This document shows positions 37,513 through 47,645 of a DNA stretch of 64,000 nucleotides, one piece after another (the first letter of the stretch is position 1; each line of letters opens with the position of its first letter). Made by a program: the position numbers and the translations under genes. The stretch spans positions 39,705 through 103,704 of the forward strand of contig CAMVLZ010000001.1 of assembly GCA_947168485.1 (NCBI GenBank), read 5' to 3'. This stretch comes from an uncultured Bacillota bacterium (GTDB lineage Bacteria > Bacillota_I > Bacilli_A > RF39 > UBA660). Under the pieces are notes generated by a model. The model worked only from the letters and a program-made list of their open reading frames with translations, made no database searches and was not told the origin of the DNA.

Positions 37513-38430
37513 TTATTTCCTCCTTAATACTTTATTGGCTTCTTTTATACTTGGAGACATCCATTCAAACCAATCATTAGTATAGTTTCTTGCATAATAT
37601 AAAGTGTTTTCATATCTACTATTTAAGTTCTTATACTCTTTTATTATATCATGAGTTTTCCATTCTTTAGTCCATCCTAATTCTCCTGATAAATAACTAT
37701 CTTTATTTTCTACAAATTTAATTACTTTATCATTTAAATAATCTGGTACATCATTAGTAGTTAATACTTTCATATATTGAGAATATTTTCTTATTTCTTC
37801 ATTGTTTGAGAATAATACTTCTCCATAAATTATTGGTAACCATCTATCTAAATTATAAGTTATTTCTTTAAAGAAGTCACATCCTTCTTCTGGTAGTGCA
37901 ATACTCTTCGCTGCATCAAATCTAAATCCTTGTACTCCTAATGATATATATTCATTTAACATCTTTATTATCTTTTCTTGAACAAGTTTATTATTTGGAT
38001 TTAGACCAGGTAGACCCATACAATAATTAGTTACTTGGTATCTTGAATACCAATCTGTTAATTGGATTCTTTCTTTCCAACAATCTGGATTATTTAATAT
38101 TTCTTGATCTACTTCTGGATGTGGCATAAGTGATCCTGTATTATTTTCTGAAGCTAGATGATTTACTACAGTATCAGCGACTACATATACTCCATATTCA
38201 TTCGCAACTTCACATAATTTTTGTAAATCTTCTTTTGATCCTATTCTATTACCTATTTCAAAGTTTAATGGCTGATATAGATTCCACCAATATTCAGAAC
38301 CTTCCTTCTTAGTTGGTTGTAATGGAGAAATTTGTACTACATCAAAACCTTGTTCTTTTATAATTGGAATAACATTAGTAATATCCTTTAAAGGACAATC
38401 AAATAAACTTAGTATTCTCATTATCATCAC
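37513..38430 (-). CDS. Short GH13 (alpha-amylase family) catalytic-domain protein
   Basis: DTVVNH (region I) and GFRFDAAKS (region II). There is no C-terminal domain, and region IV is FVENKD instead of FVDNHD. Confidence 0.55.
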   Translation of the reverse strand: MMIMRILSLFDCPLKDITNVIPIIKEQGFDVVQISPLQPTKKEGSEYWWNLYQPLNFEIGNRIGSKEDLQKLCEVANEYGVYVVADTVVNHLASENNTGSLMPHPEVDQEILNNPDCWKERIQLTDWYSRYQVTNYCMGLPGLNPNNKLVQEKIIKMLNEYISLGVQGFRFDAAKSIALPEEGCDFFKEITYNLDRWLPIIYGEVLFSNNEEIRKYSQYMKVLTTNDVPDYLNDKVIKFVENKDSYLSGELGWTKEWKTHDIIKEYKNLNSRYENTLYYARNYTNDWFEWMSPSIKEANKVLRRK

Positions 38431-38502
38431 CCTATCTTAAATATATTTTATCATAATATTTAAAAATAAGATTAATCTTTACATTATTAGTGTATAATAT
38501 TA

Positions 38503-39192
38503 TTGGTGTTTTTTATGTATTTAGTTGAGAAGAATATTAATCGTTTAGAGAAGTTAGGTTCTACATATTTTTTAGATCCTAGTGAATTAAAACAAGTAAA
38601 ATATAAATTAAATAAAAATAAATATTCTATATATAAACCTTATATTGATTCTGAAAAAGTTATTCTTTATACTAAGTTACCTAATATTTTATTATATGAA
38701 ATTAAATCTAAGAATAAATTAAAACATCAAGATATTATGGGTGCTTTGATGAATTTAAATCTAGATAAGAGTTTATTTGGAGATATATTAATAATTGATA
38801 ATAAATATTATTTTTATGTATTTGAGTATGTTTATAAAGAGTTAGAGAATAATTTTACTAAGATTAATAGATATAATATTTCTATTGAAAGATGTGATTT
38901 AAATTTACTTAGTGATTATACTAGGAATTATGAAGAAATAGAAATAATTGTCTCTAGTTTAAGAATAGATACTGTTATTAGTAGATTATTAAATATAAAT
39001 AGAAATTCTATTAAAGATTTAATTCATGATAAAAGTATATTATTAAATTATGAGATACTTAAAAATAATTCTTATAATATGAGAGAAGAAGATATCTTTA
39101 GTATTAGAAGATATGGTAAATATAAATTTATGGGTATTATTAAAAATACTAAGAGTAATCATTACATAATAAAAGTACTAAAATATATTTAG
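38503..39192 (+). CDS. YlmH-like S4-domain RNA-binding protein
   Basis: HQDIMGALMNLNLDKSLFGDILI plus a C-terminal S4-like LRIDTVISRLL. Confidence 0.6.
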   Translation: MVFFMYLVEKNINRLEKLGSTYFLDPSELKQVKYKLNKNKYSIYKPYIDSEKVILYTKLPNILLYEIKSKNKLKHQDIMGALMNLNLDKSLFGDILIIDNKYYFYVFEYVYKELENNFTKINRYNISIERCDLNLLSDYTRNYEEIEIIVSSLRIDTVISRLLNINRNSIKDLIHDKSILLNYEILKNNSYNMREEDIFSIRRYGKYKFMGIIKNTKSNHYIIKVLKYI

Positions 39193-39197
39193 TACTT

Positions 39198-39710
39198 TTA
39201 ATTTAATCTTTTTAATTTATAATTAATTGTTAGATTATTTTGTACATCTTCTACTGTTTTAATGATTTTATCACATTCATCTGAAGCAGTAAATTCTTCT
39301 AACTCATTTGATATTTTAAAATAAATTTTATTATTTTGTTTAGTAGTAAAGTTTCCTTCATATGTATTAATTGTATTTGTATAATAATATTTTCCATATG
39401 AATTACCTTGTGAATTAAATAGAATTAAAGTTATTTTCTTTTCATCTTTAACTTTAGAATCTGAATCTATAGTTTTAATACTTCCATAATAAGTTCCATT
39501 ACAATACTTAGTAATGAATTCTCCAGTAGTTTTAACACTTCCATCATCTTTAATTTGATTAGTTGCTTCTCCACTCTTTGATTCTACTGAAGAGTTTACA
39601 TTGGTACTTTTTAGAGAAAATGCTTCACTAATTAGATATATAAATATCAATATTAAAGCACATATCATAAATACCATTATGGATTTTTTCTTTAATTCTT
39701 TTTTATCCAT
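39198..39710 (-). CDS. Secreted/membrane-anchored hypothetical protein
   Basis: N-terminal TM. Confidence 0.4.
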   Translation of the reverse strand: MDKKELKKKSIMVFMICALILIFIYLISEAFSLKSTNVNSSVESKSGEATNQIKDDGSVKTTGEFITKYCNGTYYGSIKTIDSDSKVKDEKKITLILFNSQGNSYGKYYYTNTINTYEGNFTTKQNNKIYFKISNELEEFTASDECDKIIKTVEDVQNNLTINYKLKRLN

Positions 39711-39721
39711 ATTATCCCCTC

Positions 39722-40963
39722 TTATTCATATAAAATATCTATATCTACTAGACTATCTATTCCATCTACTTTTCCATCTTCACATCTTTGCCATATATAA
39801 TAATCATCTTCATAATTAGTTTCTTTAGTATAGTGAGCTAACCATACTTTTTTCTTATTAGTATCCCAAATTGTCTCTAAATATGATTTTGATCCATATA
39901 ACATTGCTTTATGATCTTTTTCTTTTATAGTATTCATAAATTCATCAGCTATACCATTTAATTCATGAAAACTTAAATTATATATTTGATAATGAGACCA
40001 ATTCTCCCAATCAAATGCGATAGGTAAATCTACATCATGCCATCTAATCTTTTTTATTACCCATTTAGCTTGTCTTCTTGCTTCTATCTTTGTAGTAGCA
40101 TGTGAATAGAAATAAACACCTACTGGAATACCTACTTTGTTAAATCCTTTTATATTTTCTTTAAATTTAGGATCTAATTCAATACTACCATCTTTTTCTT
40201 GTTGTCCTCCTACTTTTATTATAACAAATTCTACTCCAGCTTTCTTAACTTTTTTATAATTAATGTCTCCTTGCCATTTAGAAACGTCTATTCCTACTTT
40301 AATACCTTTATCTTTATATTCTTTTTTGATATCTTTAAACTCTTTATAATCTTTATTTTCTTCTTTCTTAGTAGTTTTCTTTTTAGTAGTTTTTTTCTTA
40401 GTAGTATTAGGTTTTTCTTTTACAATTAAATTAATCTTTTGAGAAGAAACATTACCTGAAGTATCTTCTCCTTTAAAAGTTACATCATATTCTCCTACTT
40501 TATTAATATCATATTTTCCATCTATATAACATTTTGGATGAGAATCATAATTATCTCCACAAAATATATCTTTATAGAATTGAGAATCTCCTTTATACAC
40601 TTCTAATTCAGAATATTTACTAATCATAGGTTTAGTTTCATCTACTACATCTATAGTATATTTATATGGAATTTTTATATTATCTTCATTAATATATTCA
40701 AATTCTATATCTTGTTTACCTAATTTATCAGTATTAATCTTCTTATCTTCAATTAATTCTCCATTTATTTCTTCTATAAAGTCACTTGTTTTTACATCAG
40801 AATAAACTTCTACTTTTAATGCTTCAGATAATACTATTACTACATTAGCATTTTTTACTCTATAATAATTTATTAAACTAGCAAATGCAGTTATTAATGT
40901 AAATAAAATAACTGATATAAATATTACTACTAATAATAATCTCTTCATATTTATTTTTTTCAT
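39722..40963 (-). CDS. GH25 muramidase (lysozyme) with an N-terminal signal anchor, an Ig-like domain and a K/T-rich linker
   Basis: The C-terminus GIDVSKWQGDINYKKVKKAGVEFVIIKVG is GH25-like. Confidence 0.7.
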   Translation of the reverse strand: MKKINMKRLLLVVIFISVILFTLITAFASLINYYRVKNANVVIVLSEALKVEVYSDVKTSDFIEEINGELIEDKKINTDKLGKQDIEFEYINEDNIKIPYKYTIDVVDETKPMISKYSELEVYKGDSQFYKDIFCGDNYDSHPKCYIDGKYDINKVGEYDVTFKGEDTSGNVSSQKINLIVKEKPNTTKKKTTKKKTTKKEENKDYKEFKDIKKEYKDKGIKVGIDVSKWQGDINYKKVKKAGVEFVIIKVGGQQEKDGSIELDPKFKENIKGFNKVGIPVGVYFYSHATTKIEARRQAKWVIKKIRWHDVDLPIAFDWENWSHYQIYNLSFHELNGIADEFMNTIKEKDHKAMLYGSKSYLETIWDTNKKKVWLAHYTKETNYEDDYYIWQRCEDGKVDGIDSLVDIDILYE

Positions 40964-41021
40964 AACATCACCATTAATTTGTATTCTATCACAACATAGT
41001 TATAAAAAAAAGAAAAGATTA

Positions 41022-41546
41022 TTAATTAATAGTAGAATTATCATCTAATAATTTTCCTTCTAAAGCATTATCATAAAATTCTTGACATGTCTTTATATTT
41101 ACAGGTTGTTTGTATTCTAAAAATACTAGATTTTCTTTTATATAATCTTTTGAAAAATCACTAAAATTATTTCTAAAATAATCAAATATTTCTTTCAAAT
41201 TATTATATTCATGAATGCCTCTATGTCCTATCCATGATCCTTCTAACCAATAATAATTATCATTTTCTTTAAATACTACAAATGTATGACAAGGAAATCT
41301 CTTATTATCTTTTTCATATACAAATATTGTTTTTAATGGGATATTATTTTTAGTTAATTCTTTTCTTTCTAATTCACATATTTCCCAACATACAGCATTA
41401 TCAAAATTAGTATCTTCTAATGTTCTTAATTCAAATTCATTATAGAATTCTCCTGGAACTATATTTGTATGTAGTTGTCCTTCTTTATCATGCCATCCAT
41501 ATGGTTTATCTTTTATCTTGTTAAAAAATTCATCTATACTTGTCAT
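41022..41546 (-). CDS. Hypothetical protein with conserved Cys and His residues
   Basis: ORF. VCWEICEL...CHTFVV...GHRGIH. Confidence 0.35.
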   Translation of the reverse strand: MTSIDEFFNKIKDKPYGWHDKEGQLHTNIVPGEFYNEFELRTLEDTNFDNAVCWEICELERKELTKNNIPLKTIFVYEKDNKRFPCHTFVVFKENDNYYWLEGSWIGHRGIHEYNNLKEIFDYFRNNFSDFSKDYIKENLVFLEYKQPVNIKTCQEFYDNALEGKLLDDNSTIN

Positions 41547-41547
41547 A

Positions 41548-42774
41548 TTACCTCTTTATCTTTCTAATTAGTTTTATTAAATAATAATGTAATGTAATAG
41601 GTAATTCATATTCTCCAATCAATTCTTCAACTACACCATTAAATCCTCTTTTAAATTCATAAATTCCATAGTCTTTAGGATGTTCATTTATATTAGCTGG
41701 TATTCCATAAAAATTATGTTTTTTGAATCCATGTTCTATTCCATATTTAATTAATTCCCATTGTATTAAGTATTGTGAATTAAACTTCATAAATTCTTCA
41801 TAATTACCTGATGATAAGTATATTATTTCTGGTTCAATTAACATAAACATTGATCCTGATAAATTAATAATATCAGTTTTCTTATCCTTAATAATACTTT
41901 CCGCATCTTTAATTCTCGTATTTAGATTTTCTATATCTTGATTGAATGTCTTTCTCTTACCATCATTATAACTTTGTGGACCTAGTTCATCTCTTTTAGT
42001 TTCTTTTTCTTTTATTTCTTCTTTTAAATTATTTATATAATTCTTAAGATTTAATTTAGTTATAAAGAATTTAGCTTCTCCATCTTTTACAAATAAATTA
42101 TACATGTTTTTATAATAATTAATATCTCTTACATCAAAACCTTTTCTTTCTCCTGTTTCTTTCATAATATTCATAAATTCATCTAAATCATCTATTGATA
42201 ATTCTTTCATTTCAATACCTAGTTTTTCTGCTTTACGAATAGTATTTCTAGTATTAGGTTTCATTTCTTTTTGAATTTGTTCAATAGTTTTACCTTCTAA
42301 AGGAAGAGAAAACATCCATATTACTTGTTCTGTATCTTTGATTGGTACTTTCTTAAAACCTAATTGTTTTAAATGATTAGTAACATCAGTATTATCAAAT
42401 CCACCTTCTACTATATTTCCATCTATATCTCTTTCTTTATAATAAACAAATGGATCTATTCTATAAGAATAACCTTTATGTTCTTTTATATATTTTTTTA
42501 AATTATTAAAGAAAAAATCTACTAATTCTTTATTATGATAATCTAATAATGGTCCTCTTGGAGAATAGAAAATATATTTATTAAAATGTCTTTTATGAGA
42601 AGATAGTAAAGCTGCGGCTACTAATTTCTTTCCATCTTTTACTCCTACATAGTGAGTATCCCATCCTGACTCTTTTCTTAAATCTTCTATTTTAGGTGAT
42701 GATAAGAAATTCTTTTGATCTGATTTATTCCAATACTTTTCATATTCTTTTCTAGTTATTTCAACAAATTCCAT
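41548..42774 (-). CDS. FemAB-family peptidoglycan interpeptide-bridge aminoacyltransferase
   Basis: Two GNAT-like halves with a coiled-coil insertion (KEKETKRDELG...NLNTRIKDAESIIKDK). Confidence 0.75.
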   Translation of the reverse strand: MEFVEITRKEYEKYWNKSDQKNFLSSPKIEDLRKESGWDTHYVGVKDGKKLVAAALLSSHKRHFNKYIFYSPRGPLLDYHNKELVDFFFNNLKKYIKEHKGYSYRIDPFVYYKERDIDGNIVEGGFDNTDVTNHLKQLGFKKVPIKDTEQVIWMFSLPLEGKTIEQIQKEMKPNTRNTIRKAEKLGIEMKELSIDDLDEFMNIMKETGERKGFDVRDINYYKNMYNLFVKDGEAKFFITKLNLKNYINNLKEEIKEKETKRDELGPQSYNDGKRKTFNQDIENLNTRIKDAESIIKDKKTDIINLSGSMFMLIEPEIIYLSSGNYEEFMKFNSQYLIQWELIKYGIEHGFKKHNFYGIPANINEHPKDYGIYEFKRGFNGVVEELIGEYELPITLHYYLIKLIRKIKR

Positions 42775-42778
42775 ATTA

Positions 42779-43471
42779 TTACCTCTTTCTAAATTTAGAT
42801 TTTATTCTTTTTATTCTTTTTTTATTTCTTTCAATAGTATGATCTATTGATTTAACTAATTTAGTATTATTACATAATGTATATATCATTAAGAATATCA
42901 TGAATAATATTAATAATAGTGTTAATAATAATAAGTAATTAAAACTTTTTACTTGTTCTTTAGTAGTATCTAAGTATGAATTAGTTAAATAATCACTAAA
43001 ATTATCTTTTGTTATTTCTACTTCATTTGATTCTGGTACAAAGTCTTTTATATGTTTAATAGCTATTTCTTTTAATTCATTATTTATTAATACTGGGTAA
43101 CCATACACAGTTATTGTTTTTGGTATATCTTTTGTTTTACCATAAGTATAATCTATAATTTGTTTAAATCTTTTTATTTCACTTTCATTTATAGCGACTA
43201 AGTATGTATGCCATACTCCTGAGTTTTCATATTCTATTACGTAGTGTATTCCTATATCTTTGTCTTTATAATAAGCTATTTTTTCTGACATTTTAGATAT
43301 ATCTATTTTAGAGTAATCTGTTGTAGTTTTAGCATTATTAAAACTATCTATTTTCTTATCATCTAAGTATAAGTAATATGCGGTTACTAGAAGGATACCT
43401 ATAATAATAAAATATAATAGACTTAAGAATAATTTTATAGTTAGTTTTTGAACAAATTTGTTTTCTTGCAT
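42779..43471 (-). CDS. Membrane-anchored hypothetical protein (N- and C-terminal TM)
   Basis: ORF. Confidence 0.4.
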   Translation of the reverse strand: MQENKFVQKLTIKLFLSLLYFIIIGILLVTAYYLYLDDKKIDSFNNAKTTTDYSKIDISKMSEKIAYYKDKDIGIHYVIEYENSGVWHTYLVAINESEIKRFKQIIDYTYGKTKDIPKTITVYGYPVLINNELKEIAIKHIKDFVPESNEVEITKDNFSDYLTNSYLDTTKEQVKSFNYLLLLTLLLILFMIFLMIYTLCNNTKLVKSIDHTIERNKKRIKRIKSKFRKR

Positions 43472-43548
43472 AAATATATCCTCATTTTTATATTAACATA
43501 ATTTATTATATATATAAAATAAAATAATAAAATATAAATTATATTTTA

Positions 43549-44064
43549 TTATTTTTTTAATATTTTATTTCTATTTTTATATCTTATATTTTGATAATTT
43601 GTTAATAGATTGTTTTCTCCTTGGATGAATTCTAAATCTACTTTTTCATCTACTTCTACTGGAGTAAATGAAGAAGTTTTATTATCTTTTGTAGTTAATG
43701 AATAATTATAACTTTGTTTATAATTTAGAACTATATCTTTACCAGTAACTTCATATAAAGCATATCTTTCTTTAGTATAAGAACTATCTATTATTTCATT
43801 ATCATTAAACATTCCTTTTATTTTTTCATCTATATGTAATTCTATTCTATCTTTTGAGAAAGTAGATATGATCTTAATAGATTCTTCTTTAGTATCTTTT
43901 TCTTTTTTATAATTAACTTTTATATTGTAAATACCATTATCTTGTTTTATATCAAAATTACTACTATCTAGAGCATTTATTATAAATATAGAATCATTTT
44001 CTGTGATAAGTTTATTTAAATAAAACTTTACTGCTTGCATCATTTTTTTATCTTCTAATATCAT
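43549..44064 (-). CDS. Hypothetical protein
   Basis: ORF. Confidence 0.4.
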   Translation of the reverse strand: MILEDKKMMQAVKFYLNKLITENDSIFIINALDSSNFDIKQDNGIYNIKVNYKKEKDTKEESIKIISTFSKDRIELHIDEKIKGMFNDNEIIDSSYTKERYALYEVTGKDIVLNYKQSYNYSLTTKDNKTSSFTPVEVDEKVDLEFIQGENNLLTNYQNIRYKNRNKILKK

Positions 44065-44137
44065 TTTTTTTCCTCTTTTCCATGTATTATTATATTAAAT
44101 ATTTGATAATAGTCAATTAAAAAGTAGGTTTAACCTA

Positions 44138-45067
44138 CTAATATTCTTCTTCATTAAATAATATTTTTATATTATCATCTGGGAGTAACATTTTAGGTCC
44201 TTTAACTACTTTTAAATTGAAAGTATTTCCATTGTAATCATATTCTTCTCCATCTATACACCATGATGTTTTTGGCGGATCTAAGAATTCTATATTAATT
44301 TCTTTAGTTCTATAATATTTTATATCTGGTATATCTTTAATATCTCTTGTACCTAACATCATTAGAATTCTAAACATATCACCTTTATTCTTTATTTTAG
44401 CAAGTGCTACTTCAAACATTTCATCATCTAATTTCATATCATAATAAACATCATTAAATCCTGCGATACGTGATGAGTTTGTTATGAAAAAGAATGAAAA
44501 ATTATCTTCATAAGTTTTTCCATCTACTGTATATCTAACATTATAATTATGTATCTTTTTAGTAAAGAATTGTTTTAATCCATACATAATATAACCTAAT
44601 TTACCATATCTTGCTTTTAATTCACGTGGTGTTGCATAAGCCATATCTATATAATCTCCTAGACAAGCAACATATACAAAAGCTGAATCATTTATATAAC
44701 AAACATCAATATTTTTCTTTGTTCCAGATAAAAGTGTTTCTAAATTCTTTAAAAAGCCTTTATTTAGACCATACATATTACCTACATCATTTACTGTTCC
44801 TAGAGGTAGATTTGCACAAGTTAGTTTCTTACTTCTATTCATATTACCAGTAACTACTTCATTAAGTGTTCCGTCTCCACCACATGAGATAACTAAATCA
44901 ACATTATTAGGTAATTCTTCAACTATTCTTGTGGCGTCTTTTGCCCCTTTTGTAAAAAGTATTTCTCCTTCATAACCATATTTTCTTAATACATCATAAA
45001 GGGTTCTATAGGATACTTTTTTCTTTTTTCCACTATGAGGATTCATAATAATTTTACATATTTTCAT
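44138..45067 (-). CDS. DagK/YegS-family lipid kinase
   Basis: ISCGGDGTLNEVV. Confidence 0.75.
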   Translation of the reverse strand: MKICKIIMNPHSGKKKKVSYRTLYDVLRKYGYEGEILFTKGAKDATRIVEELPNNVDLVISCGGDGTLNEVVTGNMNRSKKLTCANLPLGTVNDVGNMYGLNKGFLKNLETLLSGTKKNIDVCYINDSAFVYVACLGDYIDMAYATPRELKARYGKLGYIMYGLKQFFTKKIHNYNVRYTVDGKTYEDNFSFFFITNSSRIAGFNDVYYDMKLDDEMFEVALAKIKNKGDMFRILMMLGTRDIKDIPDIKYYRTKEINIEFLDPPKTSWCIDGEEYDYNGNTFNLKVVKGPKMLLPDDNIKILFNEEEY

Positions 45068-45137
45068 ATGAGTACCTCCATGGCTAAATTATACCACTAA
45101 ATTCATATAAAATAAATATCCACAATTATTGTGGATA

Positions 45138-45626
45138 TTATTTCTTTTCTAAATAAATTTTTCTTGTAATAAAGTTAAATACCATTACGATTGCGGTTGC
45201 GAGTATTTTAACTAACATGTAATTCCATCCAACTTTATGATATAGGATGAATAGAATTAATTCAGTTATACCTAAACCTATGACTGCTAGAACTATAAAT
45301 ACTATGAATTGATGTAGTTTAGAATCTTTATTTGTTACATTAAATACGTATTTACAACTAGCCCAATAGTTATATATTACTGATATAGTGAATGCTATAA
45401 CATTAGAAATCATTGGTTCTATATGTATGAATCTACAACATATAAAATATATTATCCAATCTATTAATGTAGCTATTCCACCTACTATTATAAATTTAAA
45501 TATTTGAACCATTAAATCTTTTTGTTCTTTAGAAACTTTCATATTATTACTTTTTACAGTTTCATCTATTAATTTAGTAATAGTATCTTTTTCTTTTTTT
45601 CTTTTGATGCTTCTTTTATTACTCAT
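45138..45626 (-). CDS. GtrA-family membrane protein
   Basis: FIIVGGIATLIDWIIYF...YNYWASCKYVF. Confidence 0.7.
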   Translation of the reverse strand: MSNKRSIKRKKEKDTITKLIDETVKSNNMKVSKEQKDLMVQIFKFIIVGGIATLIDWIIYFICCRFIHIEPMISNVIAFTISVIYNYWASCKYVFNVTNKDSKLHQFIVFIVLAVIGLGITELILFILYHKVGWNYMLVKILATAIVMVFNFITRKIYLEKK

Positions 45627-45637
45627 GTTCTCTCCTT

Positions 45638-47635
45638 CTAGTAGTAAAACCAGCTCATGTCTACTCTCCCAGTTATACCTGTAACTTTACCATCACTAGT
45701 ATATTGCCATCCTTCATAAGGACCATCATAATTTAGATTCTTTAACCATGCAGCAACCCAAGTAGCATACTTTTGATAAGCACTAGGGAAATGTGAAGTT
45801 ATATAATCTCTTGAGGCATATACTCTTGTTTTCTTTTTATAATTTTTTTCTACATAAGTTACAAATTTATTTATCATTTTACCATATGTAGTTTTTGATA
45901 TAGAAGATGATGATATTGTTTTACCAGTCTTCTTATCTTTATAACTCCATGGTTCTAAATCATAAAATATTGGTAAATTTCCATTTAATTTAGCTTTATA
46001 TTTTTTTAATGTATTTACTACAAATTTTGCTTCTGCTAGAGCTTCACTTTCATTTTCAGCATAACTAAATAAATATACGGAATATGGTATTTTGTATTTA
46101 GCTAATTCTGTAATGTTTCTTTCAAATTTTGAATCTACTGTTTCAGATGCAAAACCTATTCTAACAATTACAGCATCTACTTGTCCAGAATATTTTACTT
46201 TTTTCCAGTCAATATTTCCGTTATGAGCAGATACATCTATTACTGATTTTTTATTTACAAATTTAATGAAGTGACCATCTATTTCATCAAATTTGAAATA
46301 TTTATTACACATTCTAACTGTTCCTTTTACTAGTTTTCCATCTGGATTAGTATAATATACTTTTCCATTTTTACTAGAAAATCCTAGTAATTTACCATTA
46401 GAATCAAATTTATATTTAGTTCCTCCTATAGTAACTAGTCCAGTATCTAATACTCCATCATCCTCTGAATGATAATATGATGTCCCTGAACCAGCCCAAC
46501 CTGTAGTTTTATATTTATTAGTAGCATCAAAATAGTATAATTTACCATCTACTACTCTTGATCCAGTATATGCTTGATATGGAGTGGTTTCACTAAAGTA
46601 ATATGTCTTTCCTCCTAGTGTTTGCCATCCTGTTTTTACTATTCCATTTCCATCTGAGTAGAACCAACCATCTGAATTCTTTTGCCATCCTTTTCTTAAT
46701 CTATAATTACTTTGATAGAAATAATATAATTTATCATCTATTGTAGTATAACCTTTAGCTGCTTGGAATGGTGAATTAGGATTAAAATAATAAGTATATC
46801 CACCTATTGTTTGCCATCCTGTTTTTACTACTCCATTTCCATCTGAATAATATAAATTACTTGTTGTTTTATGAAAACCTTTTCTTAATTGATAATTTCC
46901 TTGATAGAAGTAATAAATATTATCTCCAATCTTGTGATAACCTTTATATGCTTGATATGGTGATTGTTTATTAAAGAAATATCTCTTTCCACCTATTGTT
47001 TGCCATCCTGTTTTTACTACTCCATTTCCATCTGAATAGTACCAACTATTCTTTAGTTTTTGCCATCCTTTTCTTAAATAGTGATTTCCTTGATAGAAAT
47101 AATATATTTTTCCTCCTAATAAATGGTAACCAGTATATGCTTGATATGGATAAGATTTATTAAAGAAATATCTCTTTCCTCCTATTGTTTGCCATCCTGT
47201 CTTTACTACTCCATTTCCATCTGAGTAGAACCAATTATTATTACTTAGTTTTTGCCATCCTTTTCTTAAATAGCCATTTCCATAATAGAAATAATATAGT
47301 TTTCCATCTATTTTGTGATATCCTTTATAGCCTTTACAATCTTGGTAGCTAAAATAATATCTTTTTTTATTTATAGTTAACCAACCTGTTTGTAGAGAAC
47401 CATCTTTTTTAACATAGTAATATTCATTACTAATTTTAATTAACTTACTTTTTTGTAAAACACCATCACCATTAAAATAATAGTATTTTGATCCTATCTT
47501 TTGAATACCAATTACTTTAACATTATCTTGGTAATAATATTTATTTCCTTTTTCTGTTTTCCATCCAGTAAATGCATTAACATTAATTGCGAAAAGTGAA
47601 ATAACAATAATTAATAAAGTATATATTTTTTTCAT
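45638..47635 (-). CDS. Autolysin with N-terminal cell-wall-binding (CW_binding_1) repeats and a C-terminal GH25 muramidase. The start has been reassigned to MKKIYTLL at 47635.
   Basis: About 14 YYF/GW repeats, followed by VIDVSAHNGNIDWKKV. An AGGAGG RBS precedes the ATG at 47635. Confidence 0.75.
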   Translation of the reverse strand: MKKIYTLLIIVISLFAINVNAFTGWKTEKGNKYYYQDNVKVIGIQKIGSKYYYFNGDGVLQKSKLIKISNEYYYVKKDGSLQTGWLTINKKRYYFSYQDCKGYKGYHKIDGKLYYFYYGNGYLRKGWQKLSNNNWFYSDGNGVVKTGWQTIGGKRYFFNKSYPYQAYTGYHLLGGKIYYFYQGNHYLRKGWQKLKNSWYYSDGNGVVKTGWQTIGGKRYFFNKQSPYQAYKGYHKIGDNIYYFYQGNYQLRKGFHKTTSNLYYSDGNGVVKTGWQTIGGYTYYFNPNSPFQAAKGYTTIDDKLYYFYQSNYRLRKGWQKNSDGWFYSDGNGIVKTGWQTLGGKTYYFSETTPYQAYTGSRVVDGKLYYFDATNKYKTTGWAGSGTSYYHSEDDGVLDTGLVTIGGTKYKFDSNGKLLGFSSKNGKVYYTNPDGKLVKGTVRMCNKYFKFDEIDGHFIKFVNKKSVIDVSAHNGNIDWKKVKYSGQVDAVIVRIGFASETVDSKFERNITELAKYKIPYSVYLFSYAENESEALAEAKFVVNTLKKYKAKLNGNLPIFYDLEPWSYKDKKTGKTISSSSISKTTYGKMINKFVTYVEKNYKKKTRVYASRDYITSHFPSAYQKYATWVAAWLKNLNYDGPYEGWQYTSDGKVTGITGRVDMSWFYY

Positions 47636-47645
47636 AATACACCTC

